Source of the DNA: Candidatus Tayloriibacteriota bacterium
GTDB lineage: Bacteria > Patescibacteriota > Minisyncoccia > Phycocordibacterales > PALSA-1337
Assembly (NCBI GenBank): GCA_037130865.1
Contig: JBAXSG010000002.1
Span: forward strand, 8,066-72,065
Length of the DNA stretch: 64,000 nucleotides
Direction of reading: 5' to 3'
The number at the start of each line of letters is the position of its first letter. Within the stretch, counting starts at the first letter, position 1. A program made the translations under genes and the position numbers. Shown here piece by piece: positions 61,062-64,000 of this stretch. The notes beneath the pieces were generated by a model. It had not been told where the DNA came from. It saw nothing but the letters and a program-made list of their open reading frames with translations, and did no database searches.

Positions 61062-64000
61062 CTAATTCGACGACACCCTGATCGTCGCAGTGAATGAGAA
61101 AGTCTTAGCATAAGCAGTCCTCTGCGCATTCTTAGGATCGACTTCATTTATATTGAGCGTAATCTTCACAACTTGAGTGTTACTAGAAGGAGCAGACTTC
61201 ACGAAAGAGAAACCTGTGGCGGTAACAGTGGTAGGTGTGAGACGCACAGCAGTTCCGGCACCTTGACGCATCCACAAAGCACTATTCTGAACATAGAATA
61301 TAGTTGGATTCGTAGCTGTGTCAGTAGTATTTATCGACAAGACATTTCCTAGTCCAAGACTATTTCCGTCGATAGTCGTAGCGCGGTTTGCTCCTTGAAT
61401 ATCGATAATACTGGAAGGTGTGGCATTTCCTGAATCCAGGAGCAAATCAGTTAGAGGATTACTGATAACAAGGTCGATAGATTGACCGACCAGAGCTATA
61501 GACTGTGAACCGGTAAGGTCATATCGCAAGTAAAGACAAGTCGTCGTACCATAACTGACTGGTATGCTGGTAGCGGTTATTTCTCCAGTAGATGTAGCAA
61601 AACTATATTTTCCTGTGGCGGTATAAGTAGCTGGACCAAAACCACCTGACATGACAGCACCATCATAGACAAGGCCACTATTGCATGAACCGGCGGCAGC
61701 TTGGTTGTAGTAGAGCATGACATTACTCAAATAACTATTCGACAATGAACCATTTTGTTTAAATGTAATGCCAGTTATATGCAGATCCGATCCAGAAGAA
61801 GTTCGTGTTGCAGTAAATGCGCCACCCAACATCACCCCACTCGTCGGTATTGTCGTTGTGGCCACTTGTGTACCAGACCAGCTAATCGTCGTGCCAGGAA
61901 TACTGAACAACCAGTTCAAGTTGTTGCCATTGTCGATACTACTACCACTTGCAGTTAACTGACTGTTAGTGCCAGTAGCGATATTGTTGGAGTCTTGGAC
62001 ATTCAAAATATTGAGAGTATTTGCCGGTGAAGCTGAAATATTCGGCAAGAACTTCCACTGTGTACCAGTCTGACTCGAACGCAAGTTAAGATATTGACCA
62101 GAGGCACCAGACAAGTTCGTCGTGCCAAGAACTTGAAAGATTTTTCCAGCAGAGAATGTCAGTGTAGCAGTAGAGCTTATCGTCTTTGTAAGATTATTAA
62201 ATGTCGTAGTTCCCTGACTAGTAACCGACTGACTGCCGCCAGTAAGATTCACTGTGCCACTATTTGCTAAGAATGCACCACCAGCAGCAAATGTTCCGCT
62301 ATTGCGACCTTGATACAGCGCAGCAACTTCCGCTGCTGATATGGCGCGGTTGTATACACGGACATCGTCGATGGAGCCATCAAATTGTTGTCCTGTTCTA
62401 AATCCTATATAAACATTACCTGAATCAGAAAATCCCCAAGTTCCATCACTCTGGCTTATTCCCCTACTAATACCATTCACATACAAAAGCATTGTCGTAC
62501 CATCAAAAGTCATCACTACATGATTCCATGCTCCAGAAGCCACATCATTACTAATAGTCGTATTACCATAAGTTACTCCGCCATTTGGTGAACCTCCTAT
62601 TCGACCATTCGTAGACATTGCAAACATCCACTGGTTACCGACTATGTCGTGATTAAATATTCTACCAAATTTCGAAGTATAGCTTGCACCAGGGGTTGGC
62701 TTGACCCAAGCAGATACTGTCTTAGCTGATGCATTGGATAGTAACGAGACAGTACTAACTCTAATACTGTTAGTACCATTCAATATAATGCCATACGGAT
62801 CACTGAAAGTTATCGGTGGTACTGGTGTAGGAGAAATAGCGGATGGACTACCAACCCATGTGCCATTATTTCCATTTCCAGACGCATCAACAGATGGTGA
62901 TGAGGTTTCGTCGAGCGGCCAATACCCTACCATTCCAGAGGCAAGAGTGGTGGTACCACTTGTTGTATTATCTATAAATGAACCGGCGACATTCAAAGTT
63001 GTAGAGGCGCTAAATATACCATTTGAGACTGTAAATGTTCCGGAATCTGTCATTGTAGTTGGTGCATTGAAGACACCACCACCAAGAGTGAAGCTGTTAG
63101 TGGTGAAGGCCGAACCATTACCATTGAATATACCGCCATTTTGCACAAAACCTTGCGAGTTTAGCGTGAGTGTACGCGCTTGAGTGATGGTTCCTGTATA
63201 AGCTGGATCGATATAAATACCAGCGTAAGTACCACCTGCACTTGCATCGAAGACAGCACTAGTGGTAGCAGTACTATCGAAGAAGAGTTGATACGCCGCA
63301 CTGATCGATGCTGATCCAGCTGCGCCACCAGAAGTAGAAGACCAGTAGTTACCACTCACATTTCCACCGGCTGGACCTTTCCAGTAAGCCTTGAGACCGC
63401 TACCGAAGTTCCAGTTGATGTTGAAACCGCGATCACAAAATGCAACCGCCGTCTGACAGCTAGCGTGAGGCGCAACTACACTTGTAGAAGATGCTGAGTT
63501 CAAAGCACTGATCGCTATCGGTGCGATATTGTTCGAATACCAAGGCGCTACATTGTTGAAATTACGCGTACCAGTAGGGTTAATATTCCACGAGGTTCCA
63601 TTCAAAGATGGATTCAAATAAAGTTTATTCGTCTGACTATTCCCCAACAAGGTCGCTATACCAGACATTGTATATGTATAGCCAGAGTTGAAGGTCAATG
63701 TATCGTAAGCAGCAGCAGTCACCGACTTGGTAAAACTGTAGAATGAAATATCTCGATTGGTGACTATCTGCTTATTACTACCAGTCATAGCAAATATACC
63801 GTTGTTGTGATTGAACACTCCACTAGTCAATGTGAAGTTACCACCAACAGTCGTCGTGGCTGGAGAAGCATTGAGAGTGCCACCATTTACTGTAAGGTCA
63901 CCATTTACTGTGAGATTATAAGGCGTAGTCGTTGCGGTTGAAGATGCGGTGCTGCCAGTTGCAAGGGCTGTAATTTCTGGTGCGGTCAGGACACGATTGT
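61062..64000 (-). CDS. Giant Ser/Thr/Gly-rich surface protein with LamG domains (3' part; starts beyond the right edge)
   Basis: LamG-like GYWPLDE...TVSAWVK...WNHVVMT...FDGSIDDVRVYNRAIS. The frame stays open past 63830 to the edge, where the tail of a second LamG (NRVLTAPEITALA) is visible. Confidence 0.85.
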   Translation of the reverse strand, partial: NRVLTAPEITALATGSTASSTATTTPYNLTVNGDLTVNGGTLNASPATTTVGGNFTLTSGVFNHNNGIFAMTGSNKQIVTNRDISFYSFTKSVTAAAYDTLTFNSGYTYTMSGIATLLGNSQTNKLYLNPSLNGTSWNINPTGTRNFNNVAPWYSNNIAPIAISALNSASSTSVVAPHASCQTAVAFCDRGFNINWNFGSGLKAYWKGPAGGNVSGNYWSSTSGGAAGSASISAAYQLFFDSTATTSAVFDASAGGTYAGIYIDPAYTGTITQARTLTLNSQGFVQNGGIFNGNGSAFTTNSFTLGGGVFNAPTTMTDSGTFTVSNGIFSASTTLNVAGSFIDNTTSGTTTLASGMVGYWPLDETSSPSVDASGNGNNGTWVGSPSAISPTPVPPITFSDPYGIILNGTNSIRVSTVSLLSNASAKTVSAWVKPTPGASYTSKFGRIFNHDIVGNQWMFAMSTNGRIGGSPNGGVTYGNTTISNDVASGAWNHVVMTFDGTTMLLYVNGISRGISQSDGTWGFSDSGNVYIGFRTGQQFDGSIDDVRVYNRAISAAEVAALYQGRNSGTFAAGGAFLANSGTVNLTGGSQSVTSQGTTTFNNLTKTISSTATLTFSAGKIFQVLGTTNLSGASGQYLNLRSSQTGTQWKFLPNISASPANTLNILNVQDSNNIATGTNSQLTASGSSIDNGNNLNWLFSIPGTTISWSGTQVATTTIPTSGVMLGGAFTATRTSSGSDLHITGITFKQNGSLSNSYLSNVMLYYNQAAAGSCNSGLVYDGAVMSGGFGPATYTATGKYSFATSTGEITATSIPVSYGTTTCLYLRYDLTGSQSIALVGQSIDLVISNPLTDLLLDSGNATPSSIIDIQGANRATTIDGNSLGLGNVLSINTTDTATNPTIFYVQNSALWMRQGAGTAVRLTPTTVTATGFSFVKSAPSSNTQVVKITLNINEVDPKNAQRTAYAKTFSFTATIRVSSN

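Overview
Compact, gene-dense bacterial chromosome segment (code 11). The gene content suggests a Patescibacteria/CPR (Parcubacteria-like) genome; this is an inference, not a placement. It holds a complete type IV pilus/competence cluster, ligA-gatC-gatA, prfB-ftsE-ftsX-pyrG, tyrS, recG, two MacAB-type ABC operons, an ECF sigma locus, a redox/metal cluster (ApbE, FMN-binding protein, DoxX, NDH-2, FAD oxidoreductase, P1B-ATPase, ZIP) and 7 tRNA genes. The most unusual structure is at 25063-26951. A tRNA-Gln gene has a triplicated 36-bp promoter-like unit upstream. It is followed by an AT-rich cassette in which a large serine recombinase gene lies between perfect 153-bp inverted repeats that encode the enzyme's own C-terminus, and the gene has a pseudoknot-capable 5' leader. 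Inversion would leave the gene intact and swap only its last residues. Other notable signals are a LAGLIDADG gene wedged between tRNA-Met and tRNA-Asp, a candidate ECF promoter shared by the MacAB and flavinylation operons, pervasive -10 boxes 6-7 nt before start codons (leaderless architecture), a P1B-ATPase with a CADD motif, and a giant LamG protein with a pilin-like C-terminus. All calls are by eye; no searches were run.
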